Part shown: piece by piece, positions 14,490 through 28,353 of the stretch
Layout of the letters: each line of letters opens with the position of its first letter
Numbering within the stretch: the stretch's first letter is position 1
Source of the DNA: Chara braunii
Lineage: Eukaryota > Plantae > Charophyceae
Assembly: GCA_003427395.1 (NCBI GenBank)
Contig: BFEA01000039.1
Location: forward strand, 730,129 to 783,580
Length of the DNA stretch: 53,452 bases
Direction: 5' to 3'
Made by a program: the position numbers and the translations under genes
The notes under the pieces: model-generated
What the model was told of the DNA's origin: nothing
The model's input: the letters and a program-made list of their open reading frames with translations, nothing else
The model's database searches: none

Positions 14490-14539
14490 TGACCCGACTA
14501 GTTTCCTCCGATCGCCGTATCGGAGCTTGTCAGGGGTCA
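14490..14539 (-). ncRNA. Type I minimal hammerhead ribozyme, degenerate, Penelope-type
   Basis: Minus strand reads UGACCC-CUGACAA-GCUCCGAU acggcg AUCGGAG-GAAAC-UA-GUC-GGGUCA. Stem I 6 bp, stem II 7 bp, palindromic ACUAGU stem III. G8 is changed to A and the closing C of stem II is missing. Confidence 0.75.
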
Positions 14540-15199
14540 GTGTCACATGAAAGACTGACGCGTCAACACCACAATATATAGCAAACACACAGACCAGACT
14601 AGACTCCTAACCACTCAGGGAGACAGCTAGAAAGGACCACCAACCGATGTTAAAACGAAGAACTAGAAGGAACTAGAACTAGAAAGGACAGGAACAAAGG
14701 CCCAGAAAAGCAGCCCGGACCAACGGTTCAGGCCCAAGCCAAACCGGTCAACAGAGGTTTCCAGATAACCACAAACGATCAGCAACAGAAGGCTACACGA
14801 CTCAGCCTAAAGCATGGACCGGCAAACTTGCCCCAAACCAGCATCCCTGGTTCGAGACCCACTACCGCAAGTGCGCACAAGGGGTCGTACATAAGGCCAA
14901 CCCTCCAAGCTACCGCAATTCTGCAACCAATAGCCCCCTGCCCAAACCACCAATCATCCAATCAACCATAAAACACCGCGCATTGATTATCTGAGTCACG
15001 TTCGGATCAATTCCAAACAACCCATAGTCACCTCCAATCCAGAAAGCCCACCCCTAAACGACGGGAAAAACTTAACATCTATCTCCTACGTCAGCTACCA
15101 CCCATCGTCAATCGAAACAGTTCAGTCCCCTGCATTCGTACCGAATCCCCACCCCCCAGGGAGAAGTACTCCACACTCCATGTTTTGTTCATGTCACGG

Positions 15200-16360
15200 C
15201 TAATGCCAACCAGTTAGGCAATCGACCCATCCATCCCAAATTCCCCCAAACTTCGTTGAAAAATTACGATGCGCTTGGTCAAAAATCCAATCACGAAAGC
15301 CCCGCAACCTGAGTTCCACCTTCAGAGTGAATAAGAATGTTGCCTTAGCCCCAACCAAGTTGGTAAAACGTTTGACCAGATGCAAGAACGACCCTACCAC
15401 AACTAACTTCTGGTGTTTGCTCACATAAGAGCAGTTGTCCTGCAAACTATGGAATCGGATACCCTGTTGGAGTATACAATTCGGATTCTTATGGGTCGCC
15501 GAGCATCTCACCCCAATCAGCCAGTCGAAAACAGAAACGGAGCACCCAAGGAAATTCCAGACTTTAGAACGACCAGTGCATTCCAGCGTTGAACTCTTGT
15601 CATAGGATCGTTGAAACTTCCTCAAAATTCTTTCAGCCTTCGTCAAACTTCCTCGGAATTCTTTCAGCCTTTGTCCTTCACTCAACATCTCCCTTCACAT
15701 ATCTGACGAAAATTGAAACATCATCAATCAATCTCACCCCATGCACCAAACTCCAATCACATCCCAAGGACAGCAGAAACGTAAACTAAGAGAAAATGCA
15801 GAGAAGACAGACGACCGCAGGGCTTGAAGGTTTGCCCATTGGGATACCTATGATCTGACGAAAGATCCGGCGACAAGCAGAAGTAAAAGTGTTGGAGAGA
15901 TCGAACAATAGGACGAGACGAAGAATTCCAAAGTCAATTAACTGCCAACCTTCCGCCACCTTCCCTCTTACCAACATAGCCCATTTTCCATCTTTCTTGA
16001 CTGCCGCTCCCTTGACCCCCCGGCATTTCCCAGAAGTCAACAATCCAATCCAATGCCCTCACGATGGAGTCGTGCGGGAGATTGCAAAACATTTCTTTAA
16101 CATCAAACGCTGCTGACAACAAGCCATCTCCCCGACCCAATCCTTTGTTTATCTCATCCAAACTAGCCACCAACAAATCAGTGCTCTTTAAGTTAAAGTG
16201 GGAATTGCGAGGGAGTTGCTAGACCAAGAGGTTAATTACCTGCGACACCTTCCGACAGGCCCGTACACTACATTCAGTCTGTGAAGGGCAAATAGGTCTC
16301 CATTTGGAGATGTCCTTATGCTTTGGAATAGCGTAGGCTTTGCCAACACTCCCTCTAGCA
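15200..16360 (-). pseudogene. Penelope-like element (PLE) reverse transcriptase fragment
   Basis: Minus-strand motifs in order: YAIPKHKDISKWRPIC (~16285-16335), FDVKEMFCNLPH (15934-16176), FRQIIGIPMGKPSSP (15786-16043), RLIDDV (~15720-15740), FLG and a thumb-like segment (15200-15688). These match PLE-type RT signatures. Confidence 0.85.
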
Positions 16361-16439
16361 TCCCATTTTGCATACACAGCGAGCTGTAGAACAAATACAA
16401 ATCCCCATGGTGCTCTGAGGGCATACCTGACTCCTCATT

Positions 16440-19400
16440 CAACTCAAGTAGGAGAGGTGAGTGTAGGTAATGCTCCCACTACTGATTTATCAGTCAGTGA
16501 CAAAACCCTTGGGGGAGTAGAAGGTGTCCCGATGGATATTGATCCCCTCAAGGATGCATTTGGTACAGAACCAATGGAAATTGAGGTAGTTGATCCCATT
16601 CTCCCCCCCCCATCGATTGAAGTAACNATGACATCCACTAATGCTGATGTTTCACTGCCCTCCCTAGTCAATATGGTTATTTTACAAATAGCTGATTGGT
16701 TGCTCTTCAATCTTAAAAACCAGCATCCAGATATACCTCAGGATAACTGGCCCCTTTTTCTGCAAGAACTCATCCCAGTGTTGGAAAGTAGTAAGAGTTT
16801 GGAAACCTTCCTAATGCATGTCCCACCAAGGGGTGTATCATGGGAATATATCAGTTCCAAGCTTCTCCATATTGTTTCTAATCGTCTCAATGAGGGATTC
16901 TGGCCCAACGCCCTTCCTATTCCCAGTACCCACCCAATGTTGTGTCAATCAGAGGTAAGGAATGAAGAAGGACTAAATGGGCAGCTGGGTAATGGTCCTG
17001 ATGACCCTACCGACCTTCAAAAGGATACCTCCTCAGGAAACTCGGATCTTAGTTCACCCCTTCAGTCAGTTCAGCAGGAAGGTCAAAGCCAGGTGTTTAA
17101 GGAAGTCATATCAACGCTTACGGGGAAGAAAAAAATTCTGCACATCTCTCAAAAGCAGCAATCCTCATCGCAAAAGAAGCATAGTCAAGGGCTTATTGAA
17201 TGGGATCCCGAATCGTTGGAGGGGCAGGAGAATAAGGTGTCTCCTGAACCATCTACTAGCAAACCGAATCTAGAGGACATTATGGTCGAAGTTTCCCAGA
17301 ATATTGTGTCCAAGGATCTTTCGACCAAAGTAGTGTTGTTCGATCATTCTAAGACACCTCCTGACAATCAGGCTGTCGTGGTCATTGATGATGATCAGGA
17401 GGTCAATCTTAGTCCTCAACTCTCGCTCTCTCCCCAACCCCCTCTTCTGGACTTGGAGTCATAACTAACCAGTAAGAGACAAAGACTTAAACATCGAATG
17501 ACCAAAGGACAAGGACTACTTTCCCCCACAAAGATGGGAACAACACTCCTGCCAGTGAAAAACCAAGGAGGAGTATGGGAGGTAGGTTTATCTGAACCTC
17601 AGTCCGCAGCCTATGGGGAAGTAACATTACTAGGATCTGCTTCGCCCCCCCCCTCTCCCTCTTCCTCGGTGATAGACATCCTTAACTTTGCTAAATCATA
17701 TTTCCCATCAGGAAGAAAAACTTTGTTATCGATTAATGAGGGTGAGGAAAGATTGGCGGAAGGAGACGTATTTCTAAAATACGACGCTACTAAAAATATG
17801 GGTCTCAAATGGTTCAGTCAAGACGCCCTGAGTGAGATTCAACTCCTCAAGCTAAAAGCTAATGTTTTTTTGTTTGAAATGGATGTTGATACTCTGCTAA
17901 TTAGGATGCTTGCTCAGAAGACACTGATGACAGGTGGGATATTGGATACTGAACAATGGATGAATCTTTGACTTATCCTTTGTCCTGTTATTCAAAACAT
18001 AACTCACTGTTTATTGTTTTATTAAATGGATTCTAGAGTAATAGATGTCCTTTATAATAAAGATAGAGCTTGGAAAATCCCAAGAAGGAATGCGGACATC
18101 GACATCAGATCATGGAATGTTAATGGTCTAGCTTCGGCTAAGTCTCAAAAAAATAATGCCATATTTGACCAATTGAGAGGTATAGGGGGTAGAGAGTGGT
18201 CGGATGTTATATGCATTCAGGAAACTCATCTCATGGATTCAGATCAACATAATTATTGTCATAAACAAATGTGGCCTTATACAGCCATCAGAGTCCATGT
18301 CCCCCCCCCGTCCGGGCAGTGCCGGAGTCGCTATCTGGATTCCTCCAGGTTCCAAAATAAAACCGGTTTATTGGGACGTCGATAAAGTAGAAGGCATGTG
18401 GGCATTTATCCTGGCAATGTTGGAGCTAAAAGTTATTGGCATTCTTTGTATATATGCTCCCAACGATGTTGGGGATCGTCAACGTTTTTTTGATTCCCTT
18501 CCCCCTATCCTCCCTATAGGGATTCCGGTCATTATAACAAGTGATTTTAATGCTGTCCCGGATAGATTTCTTGATAGATGGAATATTCTTAATCCCTGTC
18601 CAGCTTATGTGGAGGCAGATGAGATTATGCTGACAAACTTCTCCCACAACTTAAATCTCTTTGATTCTTTCAGGCGTTTGAATCCTTCGAAGAATTCTTA
18701 TACATGCTTTCGAAGGAATCAAGCCAGATCGCTCACAAAGTCTCGTATAGACCTTATCTTTATCTCAGAAGATTTGGAAGGCGCAATTCAGATGACAAAT
18801 TTTTGTTCAAGAAGTCCCTTTTTGGGTCTAGATCATGCCATGTGCGTAACCATCCTCTCCTTGGGGAAAAAGCCAGATCAAGGTTGAGGATTTTATAAAC
18901 TTAATACAACCCATCTTAAGATTGACTCTTTCAAATCAGTTATTAAGGATGTATGGTCATTTTGGAGGACTCAGAGGGACATTTTAGGAAATGACGTACT
19001 CTGGTTTAATAATGGGTTACTCTTTTTAAGTCGTAAATGCAATGAATACTCGATAGCGTTGGCTAAGGAACGTCATTCTTCTGAAACTAATATATATCAA
19101 CGTATTCATCAATTGCAACAATCAAAAGAAGAGGAAAGAGACCCAGAAATGCAAAATGAAATGGCTAAAGAAAGTCAAGTCCTTGAAGGCCAACTACTTA
19201 AATATATGAAATATAGATGGCAAGGAATGAAGATTCGTGGTGGAATTCGTAAATTTCATACGGAAGGAGCCATGGATGTAAGATTTTTTGCCATGGCTAA
19301 AGTAAGGACAGGCAGAACTCTGATAGAGGCTCTAGCACATCCCCATTATCTAAATGGGCCGCTAGAGGTGTCAATAGCAGGATGTACTAAAATTGCTAGG

Positions 19401-22400
19401 GACTTCTTCAAGGACCTTTTTCTTTCACAAAATAGTGACATTCCCTTGGATAAATGCACAAAGGAAATAGAAGAGTTCGTTATCCCTTTATCTAAGTCAC
19501 TCTCTCAGCATCAGAGAGAACAACTGGAATTGCCCCTAACTAAAGATGAAATATGGTCTGCCCTATTATTAATGGACGAAGACAAGACCCCAGGGATTGA
19601 CGGTCTTCCAAAAGAACTCTGGGAAGTCTTGTGGGAATTCATCTCCCAAGATTTCATGGATTTCTATCAGGCAGTATGGGACTCAGGTGATATGGGAGAG
19701 ATAGTAGGGCAAGGGGTGTTGATCCTTCTCTATAAGAAAGGTGATAAATATAACATTAGGAATTACCGACATATCACTCTGCTCACTGTGGTTTATAAGT
19801 TGATTTCAAAAACTTTTACGATTCGCCTGAATAAATTCATTGCGGAAATTATTCACCCCTTGCAAACTGGATTTATTCAAGGAAGGAATATCCACGATAA
19901 TATTTTGCTCATAAATGAACTTATCAAGATTTCTCGTCAGTCTAAGCACAATGCGACATTTATATTCATTGACTTTGAAAAAGCATATGATCATGTTGAT
20001 TGATTTTTCTTAGATAAATGTCTAGAGAAGTTGAACTTTGGTCCATATTTTAGGAGATGGATCAATATTTTGCATAAAAATGTCACAACAAGAGTCATGG
20101 TCAATGAAAATGTAGCACCCCCCATTTCTCTTCAGAGATTTGTAAGGCAAGGCGACCCCATTGCTCCTCTTCTCTTTGTGATAATTATGGAAGCCTTTGC
20201 AGCTAACATAAGACATCATAAAGACATCAGGCGAATCCAGGTCTCCTCTATCCCTGAGGAAGCAGTCCCAGTTTGCTCTCTCTTTGCTGATGACCTCTTT
20301 CTGATGGTTGATGCTTCACATGAAAATTTAGAAGCCATCAAAAGACTGATGGATACTTTCTGTAAACTCTTTGATATGAAAGTCAATTGGGGGAATAAAA
20401 CACTAGGTTGGTGGATCCATCATCAAGGAGTGAGACCCCCGGAACCTTCCTGCATTAAGTGGGTGCACCATAACGTACCAATCAGAGTGCTAGGAGTATC
20501 CCTTTCAGTCACAGGTAAACCCATCTCCACCAATGAAGGGATTTTACAACAGGCAAGGTTGAAACTTGATTTGTGGAAGGATAAACAAACATCCCTGTTT
20601 GGTAGAACCTTAATTATTAACAATGTCATATTGGCCTCAATATGGTATAAATCGGCTTTTTGGACTTTGGACAAAGGAAACCTTAAAATCTTCAAGAGAC
20701 AATTAGCGGCCTTCATGTGGCGTGGAGATCATGAAAGATCCAACGTCATTAGCAGAGTGGCTTGGTTGTCCATTATCCAACCTAAAACAAAAGGGGGTCT
20801 TGGAATAATCGACCCCAACACTCAATAAATGACTCTCTCTTTTCAATGGATCAAACGACTTATATTCAATCCCAACACCCCTTGGTCCTTCCTAGCCCTT
20901 GAACAGATAAAAAGATTAAATTCTCCGGTCCCTGATCACATAGATTCCCTAATGTGGCTGAAAAACCTTGCATAGTCCTTACCTAGAGGCTCTCAAGGCC
21001 ATCTAGCTCAAGAAGAGACCTCAGATAGGCAGGCAATTAGAAGGGATCTTAGGCAGGATCCATTTTGGATCACACTTATAAAGAATTGGAGGAAGATGCC
21101 TATCCCAGATAAAGTTTTCCCAACAAGATGGGAAGAAGTCTGTCAGCAGCCTCTTTTCAACAATACTTTCATTAGGGATGATCAAGGGTGTGTTCTGCAT
21201 TATATGGATACCCCCTGGAAAAGTTGGATTAACAGAGGGATAATAAGGGTTAGAGATCGATGGAATCACGAGAGCAGAGACTGGTACACGGCTTCGGATC
21301 TGCATGAGCGACTTAGATGTAGTCACCATCAGATTTCTGCTCTAGATTCGATAATTGACCTAATCCCACTGGAGTGGATCAGAATCCTACGGAAGGGTCC
21401 CAAATTTATCGAAAATGATTGGGTAGCATTTCATAATACAAATGATGTAGTTGGAAACATAATTGTGATCCATAGCCCGAATCAAATTCTTCTATGAATT
21501 TTTCACATTCAAGATGATGGCATTTTATATCGGGATCAACAGGAGGAAACTACATGGATTTCGGATGACCAACTCTTCAGAATTAGAGTTCTCAAGATTA
21601 ATGGTAAATGACTTGCTTTTAGACCAGACACCCCTATTTCACATCTTTCTTTTGACCCAAATAGCTGGAGCTGGTCTCTCCCGGGGAAACGTACTCACTC
21701 TCATCCTAGAAATCTACACACCCTCACAGTCAAAGCAGCCTACAGGATGCTCCGTCCCAGGTTTAACTTAAAAGACCGTGTTGAAGAAAGATGGCACAAG
21801 AATCTTAATGTTAGTAAGGATGAGTTGAGAAGAATTAAATGGTTCCAAGCCTCTAAAACTAAACCAGCCAAAATTGCTTCTTTACAGTGGCAAATTGCTC
21901 ATAGATGTCTTCCCACGAATGATTGGATCATTGACAGGTCATCTCTTGAACAGAAGGGCATTGCCTTCCCATGGTGTAAGTTNTGTAAATCAGCCTTTCC
22001 ATCCAAACTCATCCCCGAAACTATAGAGCATATTTTCCTCCAATGCCCGGGGTCAATCTGGCTTTGGAGATGGTGGGATAGAATCTGGAATCAAATGAAT
22101 ACTTCTCATCCCTGGCCTTGGGAATGGAAAGCCCTCCTACTGGAATCATGGCATCCGGACCAAGGAGATGATTTCACAATCAACATGTTTTTAATATGCA
22201 GGAGAGCGATTATATGGGCAATTTGGACAAGAAGATGTACTTTTGAAATGGAGGGTGCACGGTTGGACGGGCCAGAATTTACTGAATCAATCAAACAGCA
22301 GATACAAAATGATTTAACGATCAAATGGGAACAAGCTAAGGGAAAAATTCAGCTCCTATCTGATCCAAATGAAATCTGGGTTCACATTAATCAATTTAAC

Positions 22401-22700
22401 AAAAGTTGGTTGGGAAATGACCAGGGGGGGAGGATGGGGAAAGTAATCTGGGAAGGTGGACACGCAAACACCCAAGTATCCTATTAAAAAAAATTTCGGC
22501 TTGTCTTTAATGATTGGACTACAGTTGACTCCTCTATCCCTCTAAAACCTATGTCTCAATTTCCTGATTTCTTCCCTCCCCCAAGTAACTGTCTTGTGCC
22601 AAGTGCTTGGTTTGGATAATTAGCTGGTAAAGTGCTTGGGTCTCATGTTTATCTGGCGCCCATTATGGGTGAAGAGGCACTATGCTAGTTCACCTTCTTC
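16440..22700 (+). mobile_element. L1/Tx1-type LINE (LINE-c), 5' part of ORF1 missing, 3' end lost before the gap
   Basis: ORF1 C-terminal half (16440-17971) followed by ORF2; strongly similar to LINE-a over the shared region. Confidence 0.92.
18026..22620 (+). pseudogene. LINE-c ORF2 (APE-RT-zf-RVT), few disablements
   Basis: 'SWNVNGL','ICIQETH','IYAPND','SDFNA','SRIDLI','LDHA'; RT 'KTPGIDG','NYRHITLL','DFEKAYDHVD','VRQGDPIAP','LFADDL'; 'CKXC...ETIEHIFLQC'. Confidence 0.95.
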
Positions 22701-22835
22701 TATTGTTGTTCGAGGTTATCAGAACAATAGTGCATTGATCAGTACACAGTAGATCAAGAGTGCAGTATTGTTGGCTCATTTTCTGTTCTCAGCAGGATCC
22801 TACTGGTTACCTCCGGGTAGACTGTGAGGACCCCG

Positions 22836-23005
22836 NNNNNNNNNNNNNNNNNNNNNNNNNNNNNNNNNNNNNNNNNNNNNNNNNNNNNNNNNNNNNNNNN
22901 NNNNNNNNNNNNNNNNNNNNNNNNNNNNNNNNNNNNNNNNNNNNNNNNNNNNNNNNNNNNNNNNNNNNNNNNNNNNNNNNNNNNNNNNNNNNNNNNNNNN
23001 NNNNN
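22836..23005. other. Assembly gap
   Basis: Run of N. Confidence 1.
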
Positions 23006-23036
<31 letters not shown>

Positions 23037-23174
23037 TTCTCACAGTAGGACTAACCCGACATGGATGCATCTGACCACACCTGACATCCACAGAGGCCTT
23101 AGTCTGAGTACACATACACAGATAACTGTAGGACACATTCAGATGCCCTTAAGATTCTGAGGGCATTACTCAAT

Positions 23175-23285
23175 CTACAGTATTCCCCCCAATACAACGT
23201 ACAGTCATTATAGCTGAATTTGGGGTATCTTTCAGTATAAATTCAGCTATGATGACCGTATGCTGTATTCCGGGGAAGACTGTAG
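23175..23285. mobile_element. Hairpin MITE (CTACAGT..CCCC / GGGGAAGACTGTAG ends)
   Basis: Near-palindromic and absent from the paralogous site near 27135; relatives at ~45985-46110 and 52639-52827. Confidence 0.7.
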
Positions 23286-25127
23286 GCCTTTCCTGTTTGT
23301 ATATGACCTCTTTTCCAACCCGACATGAATGCACCTGACCTCAAACAGAGATGTTGAAAAAATCCTAGTGGTCGCTGACACGCTGTGAGGATGCCCTGCC
23401 AGTGGGGGTTAGCCACTACCCGGTAGGTGACAACTGACCACGAAGAACATAAACCGACAACACTGTGAAAGGACACTGAAGTATCTGCATAAACCAGAGG
23501 CCCATTTACCCCAATGCTCAATTGCTGACATTGGATTCTGGAGATCAACGGGCAGAAATGAAGAAGGCAATGAAATGGGACCTGGCCTCCATGTGTGGCT
23601 TTTACATGCGTGTACTGATTTCTATGTACATGCACACTCATGTATGTGTAGCTAGACACAATGTGCAGTGCTCTACTCAAGGTAGCCCGGGACCTCACAA
23701 TTTTCGACCTGGAAAAGCTGGGGCCATTACCCAGATTCGCGGCTGAGTACCTCCCACTCTCCCAAGACGAGCCCCACCCCCTGCGCCGCCCCACCATCGG
23801 CAAAGCTCCACCAACCCTGGGGCTGTGGAGTCCCCGTTTTCTTTTACGACCCGCCTCCAGCTTTTTCGTTTCTTTTTTGGGAAGTACTGTGGGATCCGAG
23901 CCTTAAACCACCAGTACTTCCTAAAGTTGTGCCCGTATACAGGCCCCACAGGGGAGCGCCCAAATCCATCCGCCTAGAAATGTTTCTACTCTATTTTTCC
24001 CGGCGGCCAATAGCTGGGCCAAGTATTAAACCACAACCTCAAAGCGGGAACAAGACCTGCTCCTCTCACTACGCAAGACCTGGCGCAAAAATCCTGTTTC
24101 CACCTCAAAGGGGGAAAAGGGACCTGCTCTCGATACTCAAGACCTGGCACAAAAATCCAGGGAACAGGTATTGGCCAGTACAGGAACATTTAATATTTGA
24201 AAATTGAAATTCCTTACTACGAGTAGGGTAGCCATTTGGACAGCATAAGGCAGCCGCTCTCTGTGATAATGGGCCTCACTGAGCTCACTCCACTACTCTC
24301 CACATGTGCAAGAGGAGAGTGAATCTTCTGCTAGCACAGGGGAAAAATACACCGCCATTATTTTTTTTGTCTTTTGTGCATGCATGTCGAAAGTACCGGA
24401 GCCAGGCCCAACGGCCAGCTGATTTCTCTGGGCCCTCATTCTAAGAAACCAGATCCATATTTTAGTGGAATCTTCCCATTCCTCTTCTTCTTCTTCTTCT
24501 TCTTTTTTTTTTCTTAGTAATAGGGCCCAGTAGCCAAGGCGGAAGTACAAGGCAAGGGATCCAAATTCAGGGGGCACATAGTCTCCCAAAACCTGCTTCA
24601 TCAGGCGGAGCCCCACCCCTTAGGAACAGAATATCGACCCTATTTTGGTGGAATCTACACACACATCGTCAAATCCCACATGCGCCAGAACTGCCTTTTT
24701 TTTTTGTTTTTGTTTTTTTTCTTCTTCCGCTCGATAATTACTAATTTCCTTTTTCCATTTGATTAGTTGGTTAGGCACATATATTCCGCGTCAGACAGTC
24801 ACACGGATTTTTCCGGCATATGGGTACGTCGGCCGGGTTAGCTCATCACTCGCCGAATAATGTATACTTAACCAGTTGCAGTCTTCGGGTTTAACAAAGA
24901 CATGACTTCACCTGACTATCCGCACTGGCTTTATACTGTCCAGGATGCAGGCATGCGGAGTGATCTCTGCCAAAGGAAAGTTATGGGTCCCTGAGATGGT
25001 GTCGAGATATATGGATAATGGGCATCTTTACCTCTTCTTTGGTTTTTGAAATCTTGAAAGCAAGCTACATTCTTTCTTCACTCAATTTCACTTCGCACTA
25101 CCTACCTACCACTTCTCTCCTAATTAA

Positions 25128-25292
25128 GGGCGAGATCCACTGGCAAACAGGATTGAAGTTAGTGTCTGAATCTGGACGTGTTTGTGGAGAGGTGCAGAAA
25201 ATTGTGATTGATCCTCTTTTCTGCATATCTGTGTAAAACACGTCCAGATTCAGACATTTATTCCAATCCTCTTTGCCAGTGGGATCTCGCCC
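25128..25292. mobile_element. Tourist/PIF-Harbinger-like MITE, TAA TSD
   Basis: TIR GGGCGAGATCC-ACTGGCAAA / TTTGCCAGTGGGATCTCGCCC flanked by TAA; absent at the paralogous site near 30205; partial relative at 43920-44066. Confidence 0.85.
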
Positions 25293-25405
25293 TAATTATA
25301 GGCATGCATGGAACCTCGTGGCACCCAGTGCCTGGGGTGTTGAAAAAAGAGAAAGATCCCAAAAAAAGAAAAAAAGCAAAAAAAAAAAAAGAAAGAGATG
25401 GTATC

Positions 25406-25480
25406 CAGCCGCCTAGCTCAGCAGGGAAGGCACGCAAATGGCATTCAGGAGGTCTTGGATTCAATCCCGATTGACCGCAT
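25406..25480 (+). mobile_element. tRNA-derived SINE head, degenerate
   Basis: A-box-like TAGCTCAGCAGG and B-box-like GATTCAATCC at tRNA spacing; similar to 31542-31614. Confidence 0.55.
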
Positions 25481-28353
25481 GTACCGTACTGGGCAAGCTT
25501 GGGGCTCCCCACTTAGAGATATGCCATTGGTCCCCCCGAATGGCATTGAGCAGAGACTACAGGTGTTCATAGGGGAAGGGACCGGAGGGGAGGCACAGTG
25601 ACTAGCCCATCGAAGAATCTCTGTCCTGACTCCTGATGCTACTGGCTGACCCCTGGCCGGTATCGCCCACCTGCTGTAGCAGGTATCGCACCTGCTGGTG
25701 GGTGCAGCTCCCGCATGCTCCCTTGTTGGAGGCTTGAGCATGGATGTGGCTGTGCTACGGGGTTCCCGAAATACTATAACGACAATAAAAAAAGGCCGTC
25801 CTGTCATCCTGTCCAGAATAGACAGGTAAACATTAGCCTTTTACAAAAAAAANAATTTTCTCAGGTCCCACTTTGCTTCTCAATCCTACGCATGTGAACC
25901 TGGTCAGTTTTATTCCCTGCCGTCGGGACAAATTTCGAGAAACAATGGGGTCAGGCCCCCCTTGGGGGGATAGGGGGCAAAGTCCTACTAGCAGAGTTAA
26001 GTTTCCTCAACTTCCGGTTGAGAAAGCTCAAAGCTCAACGCAATTTTCTGCACACTTCTACATACACGTCAAGAACAAGAAGAAGAAGAAGAAGAAGAAG
26101 AAGAAGAAGAAGAAGGGCTGGAAAGGGGCAGGAGCAGGGTTGAGGGAATCGTAGTGTGGACTTCGTTCAGCCGTTTGTTGCCGGTTTGGGAGACTGGTCT
26201 GCAAATTGTGCGCAGTCTGTGATGTGATATAAAACAAAAGTGAGAAGTTGCGAAGGGCCCTGCTATATCCAAAATAATGCATGGGGTGGATGCCTTGGCA
26301 TTGAGAAAGAAAGGACGCAAGAAAAGGCGAAACACCATGGGAAGAAGCTCTCTTTGATCCATGGATTTCCTTTCGGCAAACAGCTCCGAAGTTGACCTAG
26401 GTGTGTAGCTTAGCTGGGATGTCATTGCATACGTGCCCCCCCCGTTCCCCCCCCTTCTCAGCTGTTCTGTTCAGAATTGTCTTTTGCCCCTGCTGGCAGT
26501 TAGAAGGGACAGGATATAGAATAAGGTTAAGGGTCAACCAATGCCTGACACATGCTGTTTGACACGAGCTTAGTAGATAAACTTCATGTCTCTCTCTTTT
26601 CTTTTCTTTTTCTTCCTTTTTTAAAAAAGAAGATGAACTTTTGTGTCTTACAAACTTAGGGCCTCACCACACGGCTCTCAAAATGTGAAAAAGACAAAAT
26701 GTGGCGGTGCATTTGGCCATATTCTAGCGGGAAGTTCATTCTCATTCTGCACATTTCGAGAGTGGTGTGGAGATCCCCTTAGAGTTGCAATGAAAAATGT
26801 TGTTGGGAAAGGGGGCCAGCCCGGTCAGGGACATGACAAGACACGGCACTAGACACGACCTTGCAGAGTCATTACACCCCTCCGAACCCAAGAGGTGACC
26901 ACGAAATGAGTCACCACCAAATGCATGATGTACGTATTGTATTTGCAAACACAGAGAGCTGTAGAACAAACACAATCCCCTTGGTGCTCTGAGGGCATTC
27001 TCACACTAGGACTAACCCGACATGGATGCACCTGACCACAATCACGTCTACAGAGGCCTTAGTCTGAGTAAGCATACACAGAGACAGAGAGCTGTAGACC
27101 ACATTCAAATGCCCTTAGCACTCTGAGGGCATTACTCACACTAGGCCTTTCCTGTTTGTATATGGCCTCTTTTCCAGCCCGACATGAATGCACCTGGCCA
27201 CAAACACAGATGTTGAAAAAATCCTAGTGGTCGCTGACACGCTGTGAGGATGCCCTGAGGGTAGGTGACCACTGACCACAAAGAACATAAACCGACAACA
27301 CTGAGAAGACACTGAAGTATCTGCATAAACCAGAGGCCCATTTACCCCAATGCTCGATTGCTGACATTCAATTCTGGAGATCAACGGCCAGAAATGAAGA
27401 AGGCGATCAAATGGGACTTGACCTCCATGTGTGACTTTTACATGCATGCACTGATGTCTATGCACATGCACACTCGTGTATGTGTAGGTAGACGCAATGT
27501 GCAGTGCTTTATTCAAGGTCGCCCCGGACCTCACAATTTTCGACCTGGAAAAGCTGGGGCCATTACCCAGATTCGGCTAGGTATGAAATTAACTCGAAAC
27601 CGGGTCTGGTGTCCCTTTCCTATTCGACTACTTTCCAAAATTGACACATTAGGCTCGGACACCACACTACATACGGTAAGTAAAAAGTACCCTTTGCCCG
27701 GACCCCACATGTTTCCGCGTGCGTAGGGGTTGCTTCGATATTTTTGGCCGAGTGGAAACGTTCAACGAAGTGGCAGGTAGGGAGTGACTGGCGCCCAAGA
27801 ATTTTTGGAGGAAAGCGCAAGCGTACCCTGTTCCAATAAAGAGGGCAGGTTTTTACGGTTTTTTTTTTTACTTTTTTTTTTTTGTCCGTGTGCTGGACAT
27901 GCATGGCGCTGCGCCGTCCCAACGGACAGTCCACTGTAATGTCCATTTTTTGTCCGCGCGGAGACCCGCCTAAAGAAACCAGCCGCAACCATCGGCAAAG
28001 CTCCACCAACGCCGGGGCTGTGGAGTCCCCGTTTTCTTTTACGGCCCGCCTCCAGCTTTTTCGTTTCTTTTTTGGGAAGTAGTGTGGGATCCGAGCCTTA
28101 AACCACCAGTACTCCCTAAAGTCGTGCCCGTATACGAGCCACAATTTTAGGAAAGGTACGGGCCACCACAGGAGCGCCCAAATTCATCCGACTAGAAATG
28201 TTTCTACTCTATTTTTCCCCGCGGCCAATAGCTGGGCCAAGTATTAAACCACAACCTCAAAGGGGGAACAAGACCTGCTCCTCTCACTATTCAAGACCTG
28301 GTGCAAAAATCCTGTTCTAACCTGAAGGAGGAAGCAGACCTGCTCCTCTCACT

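Larger units (their letters stand above)
23031..26600 (+). repeat. Composite repeat / segmental duplication, copy Y
   Basis: Collinear blocks match 26990-30900, and 25900-26580 also matches 660-850 and 4280-4750. Confidence 0.85.
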
